The position numbers were made by a program, and so were the translations under genes. The notes beneath the pieces were generated by a model. That model searched no databases. It was not told where the DNA came from and saw nothing but the letters and a program-made list of their open reading frames with translations. DNA of 64,000 bases from Eledone cirrhosa (Eukaryota): NCBI GenBank assembly GCA_964016885.1, contig OZ024741.1:221340001-221404000 (forward strand). The letters are read 5' to 3'. This document shows positions 35,728 to 47,164 of this stretch, in pieces. The number at the start of each line of letters is the position of its first letter. Position 1 is the stretch's first letter.

Positions 35728-36024
35728 GTAAGTCTAGACATTTGATTTCACATGTTTACAACATCACAGTAATGTTTTACATTTACATAAACACAAAACT
35801 GTCACATGAATTTTTATGTTGTTTTCTGTTTTATTATTCAAATTTTCATTTAAACAAAGGATGAAAGAAACATATATTAAAGTGGTGACCAAACAACCAA
35901 TGACGAAGACTTTATGCAGCCATTTGATATGCTAGAAATAGTAGCAAAATCTCCCTCAAATCACAGCTAACTATCTTTAAAATAAAGGATACATTGAAAA
36001 ATATAGTTCAAGATGATCTTCAGA

Positions 36025-36700
36025 TACTTTAGACAGAACCATACCATTTCTTTGGAACAATATCTACAGGAAGGGGCTAACTGTGTTTTAAAAACTTGAG
36101 ACAGGACCTTACCATTTCTTTTGAACAATATCTACAGGAGGGGCTAACTGTGTCTTAAAAACTTGAGACAGAACCTTACTATTTCTACAGAATAATATCT
36201 ACAGGAAGGGGCTAACTTTTCCCTAAATACTTGAAACATAACCTTACCATTTCTTCAGAGCAGGGCTAACTGTGCCCTTAATACTTTAGACAAAACCTGG
36301 CCACTTCTTCAGAACAATATCTAGAGGAAGGGGCTAACTGTGTCTTAAATACTTTAGACAGAACCTTACCATTTCTTTAGAACAATATCTACAGGAAAGG
36401 GGCTAACTGTGTCTTAAATACTTTAGACAGAACCTTACCATTTCTTTAGAACAATATCTACAGGAAAGGGCTAACTGTGTCTTAAATACTTTAGACAGAA
36501 CCTTACCATTTCTTTAGAACAATATCTACAGGAAAGGGGCTAACTGTGTCTTAAATACTTTAGACAGAACCTTACCATTTCTTTAGAACAATATCTACAG
36601 AAAAGGGCTAACTGTGTCTTAAAGAATTTAAACAGAACCTTACCATTTCTTTAGAACAATATCTACAGGAAAGGGCTAACTGTGTCTTAAAGAATTTACA
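36025..36700. repeat. ~68-69-bp minisatellite, ~10 units
   Basis: CAGAACCTTACCATTTCTTTAGAACAATATCTACAGGAAAGGGGCTAACTGTGTCTTAAATACTTTAGA. Confidence 0.9.
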
Positions 36701-37455
36701 CACAGCTATCCCATAATTTTGGTGCCACGATAAAAAGCACCCAGTTCTCACTGTAACTTGATTGGCATTAAGAAGGGCATCCAGCTGTAGACACCAAGCC
36801 AAAATACAGGTGCAGATGAGCAAGATGTGGTCACCTACAGGGTATGGCCTAGTGGTTAAGATGCTTGTCATACAATCATAATGTTATTGGTTTGATCCCT
36901 GGACCGAGTTGATCAAAACACTTTATTTCATGTTGCTCCAGTATACTCAGCTGAGACTGAGTACCAACAGTAGCTGGGGAGTTAATCCTGTGATAGACAG
37001 GCGTCCTATCCAAGGAGAGCCATGTATTCATCCTATCCAGGGAGAATTTTGTACTCTCAGCTGGAAACCAGAGATAGGCATTGGCAGTAACTGTTGAGTT
37101 AATCCTGTGATAGTCAGGCGTCCTATCCAGGGAGAGTCTTGTACTCTCAGTCACTTAACACCAAGGAAACCAAGATAAACTCTGGCCTCCTTTGGCCCAG
37201 AACAAACTTTAACTCCCTACTTCAAGGTTGTGCTGGAGACTAAACATGTAACTATGAAGGATACTGTGTCATGTTAGTAACACCAGATTTACCTCCAAAT
37301 TATCATGTTGTAGTGAAGGTACATGGCTTAGTGGTTAGACAGTTGGGCTTACAATCATGAAGTTGTGAGTTTGATTCTCGGACCAGGCTTCACATTGTAT
37401 TCTTGAGCAAGACATTTTAGGATATCATAATATTGTTTAACCCTGGGTGTATATA

Positions 37456-37648
37456 ATAATTGTTTCTACTTTTGGCACAAGGCCAGCAATTATCCCAGTG
37501 CATTACTGGTACTTATTTTATCGACCCTGTAAGGATGAAAAGCAAAGTTAACCTCGGCGGGATTTGAACTCAGATCGTAAAGGCCCGTAACTCCATGCTG
37601 CAAAGCATGGAGTCCAACCCTCTACCGATACTGCCAATCCACCGCCCT
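37456..37648 (-). mobile_element. SINE-B copy
   Basis: Reverse complement of the SINE-B consensus, inserted in a minisatellite. Confidence 0.85.
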
Positions 37649-38577
37649 ATATAATAATGTTTAACCCTAGGTGTATATAATATTGTTTAACCCTAAGTCT
37701 ATATAATATTGTTTAACTCTAGGTGTATATAATATTATTTAACTCTAGATGTATATAATATTATTTAACCCTTGGTGTTTATAATATTAACCCTAGGTGT
37801 ATATAATATTGCTTAACTCTAGGACTATATAATATTAACACTAGCTGTATATAATATTGTTTAACCCGAGATGTATATAATATTAACCCTAGGTGTATAT
37901 AATATTGTTTAACCCTAGGTGTATATAATATTAACCCTAGATGTATATAATATTAACACTAGGCGTATATAATATTGTTTAACCCTAGGTGTATATAATA
38001 TTAACCCTAGATGTGTATAATATTAACCCTAGGTATATATAATATTGTTTAATCCTAGATGTATATAATATTAACCCTAGGTGTGTATAATATTAACTCT
38101 AGGTGTATATAATATTGTTTAACTCTAGATGTATATAATATTAACCCTAGGTGTGTATATTATTGTTTAACTCTAGGTAGATATAATATTAACCCTAGGT
38201 GTGTATAATATTAACACTAGGCGTATCTAATATTGTTTAACCCTAGGTGTATATAATATTAACCCTAGGTGTATATAATATTGTTTAACCCTAGATGTAT
38301 ATAATATTAACACTAGGCGTATATAATATTGTTTAACCCTAGGTGTATATAATATTAACCCTAGGTGTGTATAATATTAACCCTAGCTGTATATAATATT
38401 GTTTAACCCTAGATGTATATAATATTAACCCTAGATGTATATAATATTAACCCTAGATGTATATAATATTAACCCTAGGTGTGTATAATATTAACCCTAG
38501 GTGTGTATAATATTGTTTAACTCTAGGTGTATATAATATTAACCCTAGGTGTGTATAATATTAACCCTATGTGTATA

Positions 38578-38762
38578 TAATTGTTTCTACTTTTGGCACA
38601 AGGCCAGCAATTACCCAGTGCATTACTGGTACTTTATTTTATCGATCCTGTAAGGATAAAAGGCAAAGTTAACCTCAGCGGGATTTGAACTCAGATCATA
38701 CAGGGAGGTAACTCTATGCTTCAAAGCATGGCATCCAACCCTCTGTCGATACTGCCAATCCA
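38578..38762 (-). mobile_element. SINE-B copy
   Basis: Reverse complement of the SINE-B consensus, inserted in the same minisatellite. Confidence 0.85.
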
Positions 38763-39779
38763 ATATAATATTGTTTAATTCAAGATGTATATAATATTAA
38801 CCCTGGGTGTACATAATATTGTTTAACTCTAGATGTATATAATAATGTTTAACCCTAGGTGTATATAATATAGTTTAACTCTAGGTGTATATAATATTGT
38901 TTAACCCTAGGTGTATATAATATTGTTTAACCCTAGGTGTATATATCTTGATTATACAATATATTTATCAAATACTAGTTGTCATGTCATAACTCCTTCA
39001 AAACTCTGAAATATCATACAATAAATAAACCCTACACAAAATATCTTGTCATATTGTGGGGTGTGCTTGTCTCCCCTTGATGCCTCAAAATTAGATGTTT
39101 ATATACTACTTGAAGAAAGTGAGTTGGTGGTTGGGTAATGCCAGACTTTCCTGGGTTGGGAAAGTATTAGGGATGCAAGGGTTTAGAAGGGGAGGTGGAT
39201 TAGTCAAGTTTCATCCCAGCTTTCCACTTTAACATGGGTTGAACTAAGAAGTCAGGAATATACTAACAGGTGAGGACCTGGGAGTTGTTCCATCTCTCTG
39301 TGTTTTCAGGTTTATGGTGGAGCAGGAGACCAAGAGCATGCTGACAGGGAAGTCAGGAGTATACTGGCAAAGCAGGAGGTAGGATCTGAGTGTTGCACCA
39401 CCTCTCTGCTTCTTTGGGTTTAGTATAGGAATACAAGTTCCCCGTATTATGGGATACTAGCAGAAAAACCACCCTTTGGGTGGTTTTCTGCTAGCATGTG
39501 TAGTGTGCATATTGATATTATACACAAGTATATATATACATGTAGTTATGATACATCAAATAACATCGTAATTGACAATATACACAGAAATTATGTAATC
39601 AGTAACGTAATCCATGATACATTAAAAAAAGACGATATTGTATATAAATTATGTAATATTCATTCATTATTTATTCAAAGTAATCCAACTTATTTTACTA
39701 ATAGGATAACAAATTATAAACTGTACGCAGTCCCGCACTCCTTACTTTATTATATCATAGTTTAGATTGCCAGTTTTCT

Positions 39780-40762
39780 TGATCCTTTGTGAGGTTCAGC
39801 TTCATGAGGTTGGCTTTCACCACATCATCCAACATTTTCCTGGGTCTTCCCTTTCCAAGGATTCCTTTAACTTCTACATTTCTTTTTGCAGATATCATCC
39901 TTCATACACATCACATGTCGATACCATTGCAGTCTCCCCTCCTTCACACTGAAAGTGATGCCTCTTATGCCTAGTTTCCTTCTCAGCTCATTCATATTTC
40001 ATTATTCATACTCTATTACATGTTTCAGTCGATAGGCTGAGGCCATGCTGGGGCACTACCATTAATAATGTATTCTATTATCAAACATCTCACCACATTT
40101 CTTTCCAAATTTCTTTGGCCCTCCGTACACAAACCTCAAGTCACACTAACATTTAGCATTGCTGTTTGTATGCAAGTATCATATAGTCTGCCCTTCACTC
40201 TGAAGGAGAGACCCTTTGTAGCGAGCAGTGGTTGTAACTCTCTGAACATTTTCCTAATCTGGCTACTGTACTCTCAGAATGTCCACCCCACACTGTTAAT
40301 TTGACAGGTATTTCTATAGAGCCCTCTGAGAATTTGATAGAGCTTGTTTCCTGTGTGTTCTTATTGCTTACTGCTCCTGTATATCTGCCACATACACAGC
40401 CTACATTCTTTGCTAGCCCACCTGTGATCCTGTTACATCTCTCGTGTGCCCATAGCTTACACTTTGTATGTAAGATGGAATTTCTACCTATTTCATTCCT
40501 GCATACTAAACAAGGCCATTTTCCTGAAGAAACCAGGGCCCTCTTTACTATTTTACTTATTAGGACTTTGGCCTTTGCTAGATAACTCTGAGGCCTTTGA
40601 TTCTAGGTTTTGCTTCCTTGTCTGGGATTTCTTCTCCAATTCTGCCTCAGTTTCAGTTATGAGGACTAGATCATTGCTATATAGGAGTCCCCATGGGTAA
40701 CCAGTCTTAAACTCCACTGTTATGGTCTGAAGAACAATAAAAAACAGAAGGGGGCTGATGAC
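39780..40762 (-). mobile_element. Degenerate RTE LINE RT/PHD fragment
   Basis: ISPLLFFIVLQTITVEFKTGYPWGLLYSNDLVLI in ORF 40553-40912, followed by a decayed finger region and C-terminus. Confidence 0.8.
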
Positions 40763-40789
40763 AAAGACCGGGTGGACATTATTAGCACT

Positions 40790-41820
40790 ACACCTACCAT
40801 TACTACTACTACCACCATAACCCCCACCACTACCACCACAACCACCACCACCACCACCACTACAACCCCCCATCATTAGCACTACCACCACCGTAACCAC
40901 CACCACTACCACTAGAACCCGCCTCCCCCATCATTACCACTGTCACTACCACCACCAATACTTTTACTATCAGCTATAGGTATTAGCAGTCAAATTGGTA
41001 GAATACAATAGTAAGAGGTCATTGGTCTCCCTCAAGCAGTTATACAACTACTACAGCCACTACTACTACTACCACCACTACCAATAGTACTACTACTACT
41101 ACTACTACTACCACCACTACTACTACCACTACTACTACCTCCACTACCAATACTACTACTACTACCACTACTACTACCTCCACTACCAATACTACTACTA
41201 CTACTACCACTACTACTACTACCACTACTACCACCACTACCACTACCACTACTACTACTACCACTACCACTACTACTACTACCACTACTACCACCACTAC
41301 CAATACTACTACTACTACTACCACCACCACCACCAATACTACTACTACCACCACTAATACCAATACTACTACTACTACCACTACTACTACCTCCACTACC
41401 AATACTACTACTACTACTACCACTACTACTACTACCACTACTACTACTACCACCACTACCACTACCACTACTACTACTACCACTACTACTACTACCACTA
41501 CTACCACCACTACCAATACTACTACTACTACTACCACCACCACCACCAATACTACTACTACCACCACTAATACCAATACTACTACTACGACCACTACTAC
41601 TACTAATACCACTGCTACCACAACCTAAACTATCACTGCCACCACTAACACCATTACAACTATCAATACTACTACCAGTAGTCAACTTAGTAGAATACAA
41701 TAGTAAGAAAAGGTCGTTGGTCTCCCTCAAGCAGCCAAACTATCACCACTACCACTACCACTACTACTACCGTTACCACTACAACCACTATTACTACTAC
41801 TACCACTACTACTACAGCTA
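40790..41820. repeat. (ACT/ACC)n low-complexity tract
   Basis: Direct inspection; a short unique segment is duplicated at 40995-41038 and 41687-41734. Confidence 0.88.
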
Positions 41821-42134
41821 CAATCAATATATCTAAATAGTAAACTATACTCAACTGAAACCAACAGCATGGTACGATATGGTCCTTTTCAATCAATACC
41901 ATTCTCTGACCTAGTTCTATATAGATATATTTAGAATTCCTGTTCTATGAAGACCTCTCTACATGTACATGCATATATGCATATACATACACCTACAAAC
42001 ACATATACATACATATACATACACATATACATACCTATAAATACACATACATATACTTATCCAATACCATCACCACCATGTAAAATTAGAATTGAAGTGG
42101 GTTGAAATATATATATATATGTATATATATATAG

Positions 42135-42322
42135 TAATTGTTTCTACTTTTGGCACAAGGCCAGCAATTACCCAGTGTATTACTGGTACTTTATTTTATC
42201 GACCCCGTAAGGATGAAAGGCAAAGTCAACCTCGGCGGGATTTGAACTCAGAATGGCAAGGGCCGTAACTCTATGCGTCAAAGCATGGCGTCCGACCCTC
42301 TACCGATACTGCCAATCCACCG
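42135..42322 (-). mobile_element. SINE-B copy
   Basis: Full reverse-complement match; flanked by TATATAGTAAT repeats. Confidence 0.85.
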
Positions 42323-42429
42323 TATATAGTAATAATAATAAATTTGAAGACTAAAATCCAAAGAGGGCTCGATAAGGATAAATATATATCAAATGTATAA
42401 GAACTATATATATATATATATATATACAA

Positions 42430-42865
42430 TATATTAATAACTGGAAACTATATTTATAAAGTCATAATTATTTTATTATATATATTTGAAGGGCAAACAA
42501 GGCAAATTTTAGTGCGCTTTCATCAGATAAAATACAAATTTGTTTTATAAATATTGACATACCCGCATAAAGACAACCTTAATGGTTGAGGTTCGCTGGA
42601 TAATCGACCCTCAACCGTTAAGGTTGTCTTTATGTGGATATGTCAATATTTATAAAACAAATTTGTAATTTATCTGATGAAAGCGCACTAAAATTTGTCT
42701 TGTTTGCCCTTGAAATATATATAATAAAATAATTATGGTTTTATAAATATAGTTTCCATTTATTAATATATTGAATATTTACTCCACAAATTGTTGAGTG
42801 CTTTATATCAGTTATAAACATTTTAAAGCTTGTTGAATCCCAACAAATTAAATATAACTTCTGCA
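42430..42865. mobile_element. Inverted-pLTR element of the 43025 family with hammerhead motifs at 42468-42533 (-) and 42666-42731 (+)
   Basis: Arms ~42433-42590 and 42609-42768; CTGATGA at 42674, GAAATATATATA at 42712. Confidence 0.8.
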
Positions 42866-43151
42866 TATATATATATACATATATATATATATGTGTGTGT
42901 ATATATATATACATGTGTATATATATGTATATGTATATATATGTGCATGTGTGTGTATATGTATATATGTATATATATATATGTATATATATATATGTAT
43001 ATATATACGTATATATATATATAAGCAAAGAGATATTTAATTTGTTGTTTATTCCACAAATATATTTATAACAGATTCGAAGCACTCGACAGAGTTTCTG
43101 GAGTATAATATAAATGATATTAATAAATGGAAACTATATTTATAAAACCAT

Positions 43152-43214
43152 ATTTATTCTATTATATATATTTCAAGGGTACCAAAACTTAGGTACGTCC
43201 TCATCAGATAAAAT
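43152..43214 (-). ncRNA. Hammerhead motif in the 3' pLTR of the Penelope-like remnant, on the element's sense strand
   Basis: Minus strand: TATTTTAT-CTGATGA-GGACGTACCTAAGTTTTGGTACCCTT-GAAAT-ATAT-ATA^-ATAGAATA. Confidence 0.78.
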
Positions 43215-45266
43215 ACAAAATTTGTTTTATAAATAGTGACACACCCAGGAATCAGACCTTAACAGTTCAGGTTCTGTTTGGATAGTGATAAGATAGAGGG
43301 AAAAAGGGGAAGAAAGGAAAAAGAACAAATATTTCAAATTATTTTGATGAATATGCAAATGAAGTTGAAGCGTAGGGCTGAAAAAAAAATCGTTATTTTT
43401 AGACTCTAGGTAGATTTAAATAAGAAAGAGAAGCTTATATTAATATTTGAGTGTACATGAATTTACAAATTAAAACGTTAAAAATTAAAAATTAAAATGT
43501 TGTTGAAATATAACTAAAGCATGAGTTATAATATTATATATATAATCATTATAATTAGATTATATGAGGAATTATGGTTGTAAGTACGTTTTAACTTATT
43601 ATATTACAACAGGTTATAAATATATAAATATCTATATAGATAAATAAATATATAAATATTATTGGTGATTATATATTCTGTTATTTTTAATAGATATATA
43701 ACACACATATTAATTTGTTTACATTTTCAATATATATTACGAAGGATGTTGAGTTTACATTTTAAATATATAGTTAAAGGAAAAGATAACTCCAATATTA
43801 GTTGTTAAACTATTGACGTTAGATTTTACTTAGAAAATGCGGAATGTATGTAGTGTAAGATTATAAGGTATTTTATATTACATGTTTTCAAGGATGAGAA
43901 TTTCAATTATATATGTATTTAGATACTATCTACGTCGATACTGTGTGAAAAGTTCAAAGGAAGAAAAATATTATTAGAGATGTCAAGAGTGTATTTAGAA
44001 AACTACCATAAAAAGAGGATATCATTCAAAATATCAATTAAAGAATATATCAATCTAAAAAAAAAACAATATCATTGGTAAAAATATTAAATTAAGAAAA
44101 AGGAAAAGATCATTTAAAAAAAAAAACACTAAACATAACCAGAGGCATTGTAAAGATATATAAGATGTGGTCAAGTGAAATGAATATTATAAATTTAAAA
44201 TACTTCGGAAAGTCGATTTTTGGCAATGTCTGCAAGAACTGAATATCTCATTTTTTAAATTTATAGAATTTTGGCATTTAAGTATATAAAACATTTCTTC
44301 GATACACAAATGATAAATTCTTGAAAGAGCCATATTTCGGTATGCTGGTGCTTTCGAAATCGTTCCCCAAGAGATTGAATAGTCAATATTATTGTCCTTT
44401 AAATACCAAATTTGATGAAAGTGATGTGGAAGATTTTTATCGGATCTATTAAATGTATGTTTGTGATTATACCAGCGTTCTTTGAATTTTGTAGAAGTGA
44501 CTCCTAATAGTTAAATATTTTTGTCTCTAGTTTTTACTGTGCATTTGTATATTACGTTTTTATCTGGGCAATTGTTCTGTAAAGGACAGTTTGATTTAAT
44601 TCTACAGTTACATTTTCGAGAGTTATTGTTACTAGGAACGGTACTATTATTATTAGTATGAATATTGTTATCTTGGTTTGTTTGGTTAGGGTTTAAATTT
44701 AAGTTTCTATTGTTAATTCTATTTATATTTTGTGCTATGTTCATAGTAGTAGAGTAATATAGTTTAATAGTATGTCTGTTAAAAATGGAATGGTATCTGT
44801 GGGATTTGGGATAACACTTATCTAGTGCTTTGAAAAATAGGTTTGCTACAGGTGTTTTAACGCCTAATGAGATTGGGGGAGAGTACCAAATAATATTTCT
44901 AGTTCTAGTTTTTTTGTTTGATTTCCTATTTAAGTTAAATTGTTTATTATTATTATAATGAATTTTAGGATGATTTTGCATGTTATTGTTATCTAAGTAT
45001 TTAATTTTATTCAAGTATCCTGCTCTATGTAAAGCCTCGTTGTAATATTCCGCCTTATTATCAAAAATATTTTTATTAGCTGAGATGCGTGAGATTCGTT
45101 GCTGGACACTATTGACTATAGTATTTTTTATATTTCTAGGATAGTTAGAGTTGAAACTTACGTAATTTAGGTTTTCATTAATTTTATGGAAAGGATAATA
45201 TAGACCTGAGCTAAAGTTTAAAGTTACATCTAAGAAGTTAACAATTTTATTATTACTCTCTATTTC

Positions 45267-45455
45267 AGAGCGGTGGATTGGCAGTATCGGTAGAGGGTCG
45301 GACACCATGCTTTGCAGCAAAGAGTTACGGTCCTTTATGGTCTGAGTTCAAATCCCGCCGAGGTTAACTTTGCCTTTCACCCTTAAGGGATCGATAAAAT
45401 AAAGTACCAGTAATACACTGGGATAATTGCTGGCCTTGTGCCAAAAGTAGAAACA
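45267..45455 (+). mobile_element. SINE-B inserted in the Penelope-like RT ORF
   Basis: 18-bp TSD ATTATTACTCTCTATTTC at 45249-45266 and 45456-45473. Confidence 0.9.
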
Positions 45456-45859
45456 ATTATTACTCTCTATTTCTACTTTAAGGTTGTAGTTGTTGAAAAA
45501 CTCTATGATGGATTTCTTTTTCCTATTAAGTTCACTATTGCTATGGTTTTCGATTAATCGTCGCACAACATTCCCCTCTATTTCTTAGTCTGTTTTTTTT
45601 TAGATAGATACATAGCTATAACGTAGCGCCCTTGTAATATGTCTCTGTATGTCTGGCTGTCTGCATTAGATAACGTTTTTCGAAATATTTACTTCTGCGT
45701 TCACACACGGATTTTTTTAGTTTCAGAAGATCCCGTTATGAGTGAAAGCAGCGATTCTTTGCTTAAACTTTAATCTGTTATTTTAATATATATATTCGTG
45801 TACAAATATTTTTGCATACACAAAAACAAAAACATTTATTTCACGAAAGCACAGACGGC

Positions 45860-46747
45860 TTATCGTCATTATTACTGTTCGAGGTTAAAGGACCACAGTC
45901 GTTCCAAGATCTGAGAACCATCAATGGCCATCAATGTTCCACTTACCGTTTGGCTTGCCAGATGCGTGGTATGTTTCACGATGACAGCCATTGGCACCTC
46001 ACCCTGCAAGAAGCAGCAACTGCTAAAGTCCCTTCTCAGCTGCGAAAACTTTTTGCTATTATGCTGTACAACTGCGATCTCGCCGACCCTCTCGCACTGT
46101 GGAACAACCACCATGAAAGTCTAGCTGAGGACATAGTCCACCGCACACGCAGACACAATCCAAACGTAACATACGCTGTCGTTTTCAATGAGGCGCTCAT
46201 TTGTCTTGAAAACAGTGTCCTGGAGATTGGTGGTAGGCCTCCAAGTCACTACAGCTTACCTGCTCCTGACAGGAGTGTCCAGGGGTCAACGTCTACAGTG
46301 CTTCTCCGCGAGACGTGCTACGAAATCAGTGATTCTCCCATGGTCAATTGTATGTAGGATGCTCTAGGGTGAGCTCCGCAAACAATCTCTTCATCTTTGC
46401 TCCTGAGGGCCGAACAAAAAATATTGTATACTCTGAGGCTCTAACTATGTAATTTAAATATTTTCTGTTACTTGCAATTTCCATTATGGTTGTACAAATT
46501 ATTGTTTGTTAAAAAAATTGTTCTCTGTTCAGCCTTTCTTGTAACTATCAATTTTCTTTAACGTACTGGCTGCTGAACTGGGGAATCCTAAAAACTATTC
46601 AAACCCAACATCAGAGCACGTTAACCCTCGACCCCCTCGCTGACTTGAGAGGGCATGCGGTATCTTTGCACTGGAGTGTAGGGGGGATTTCTGAAAAGAT
46701 AAAATGCCGGTATACCTAGTTGGACGCCAGCCGGTCGGGCCAGCTAG
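45860..46747 (+). mobile_element. Internally deleted Helitron (RepHel fragments and 3' end)
   Basis: LLLFEVKGPQSFQDLRTINGHQCSTYRLACQMRGMFHDDSHW is joined to the PIF1-helicase end FSHGQLYVGCSRVSSANNLFIFAPEGRTKNIVYSEAL* (46333-46452). GC-rich subterminal sequence, then CTAG|T at 46744-46748. Confidence 0.85.
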
Positions 46748-46940
46748 TATATATATATATATATAACATATATATATATATACATATATATGTATACATA
46801 CTTCTACCTGGAGTTGCGACCGATAAATAGTACTAGCAACTGGAAAGATTGGCGGAAACATTGTTTCCTCGGTCCGATTTGACGAAAGTCGATCGATATA
46901 TATATACACACAGACAGACAGACACACACACACACACACA

Positions 46941-46994
<54 letters not shown>

Positions 46995-47039
46995 AAACTA
47001 TTGGGTGTTCTGGTGTAGAGGTGTGGTATGTTATACATT

Positions 47040-47114
<75 letters not shown>

Positions 47115-47164
47115 CCCATGCTAGCATGGAAAATGTACATTGAATCATGATGATGATGATATAT

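Larger units (their letters stand above)
37425..38945. repeat. 22/26-bp minisatellite AATATT(GTTT)AACCCTAGGTGTATAT
   Basis: Direct inspection; interrupted by two SINE-B copies. Confidence 0.9.
43025..45565 (-). mobile_element. Penelope-like element remnant (Naiad-type): RT C-terminus, Cys-rich linker, GIY-YIG endonuclease, 3' pLTR with hammerhead motif
   Basis: ORF 44511-45320: KIVNFLDVTL..RNIIWYSPP..IFNRHTIKL..CNCRIKSNCPLQNNC..VIYKCTV. Past the stop the frame continues LLGVTSTKFKERWYNHK..IWYLKD..HLCIEE..EIFSSCRH to ~44190. Hammerhead motif at 43152-43214. Naiad assignment is from recalled motif similarity. Confidence 0.88.

Noticed and set aside
35728-35864. C-terminal 45 aa of the 427-aa ORF
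   Set aside because: Lies after a canonical GTAAGT donor and loses RhoGAP similarity; intron read-through.
37425-38945. Interstitial telomeric repeat (TAACCC within the unit)
   Set aside because: Single TAACCCTA motifs embedded in a 22-26-bp unit, not tandem TTAGGG.
44190-44620. Selenocysteine recoding, reported for some Naiad elements
   Set aside because: Cys positions here and at 17450-17710 use TGT/TGC; the in-frame stops are TAA/TAG; no convincing SECIS was seen.
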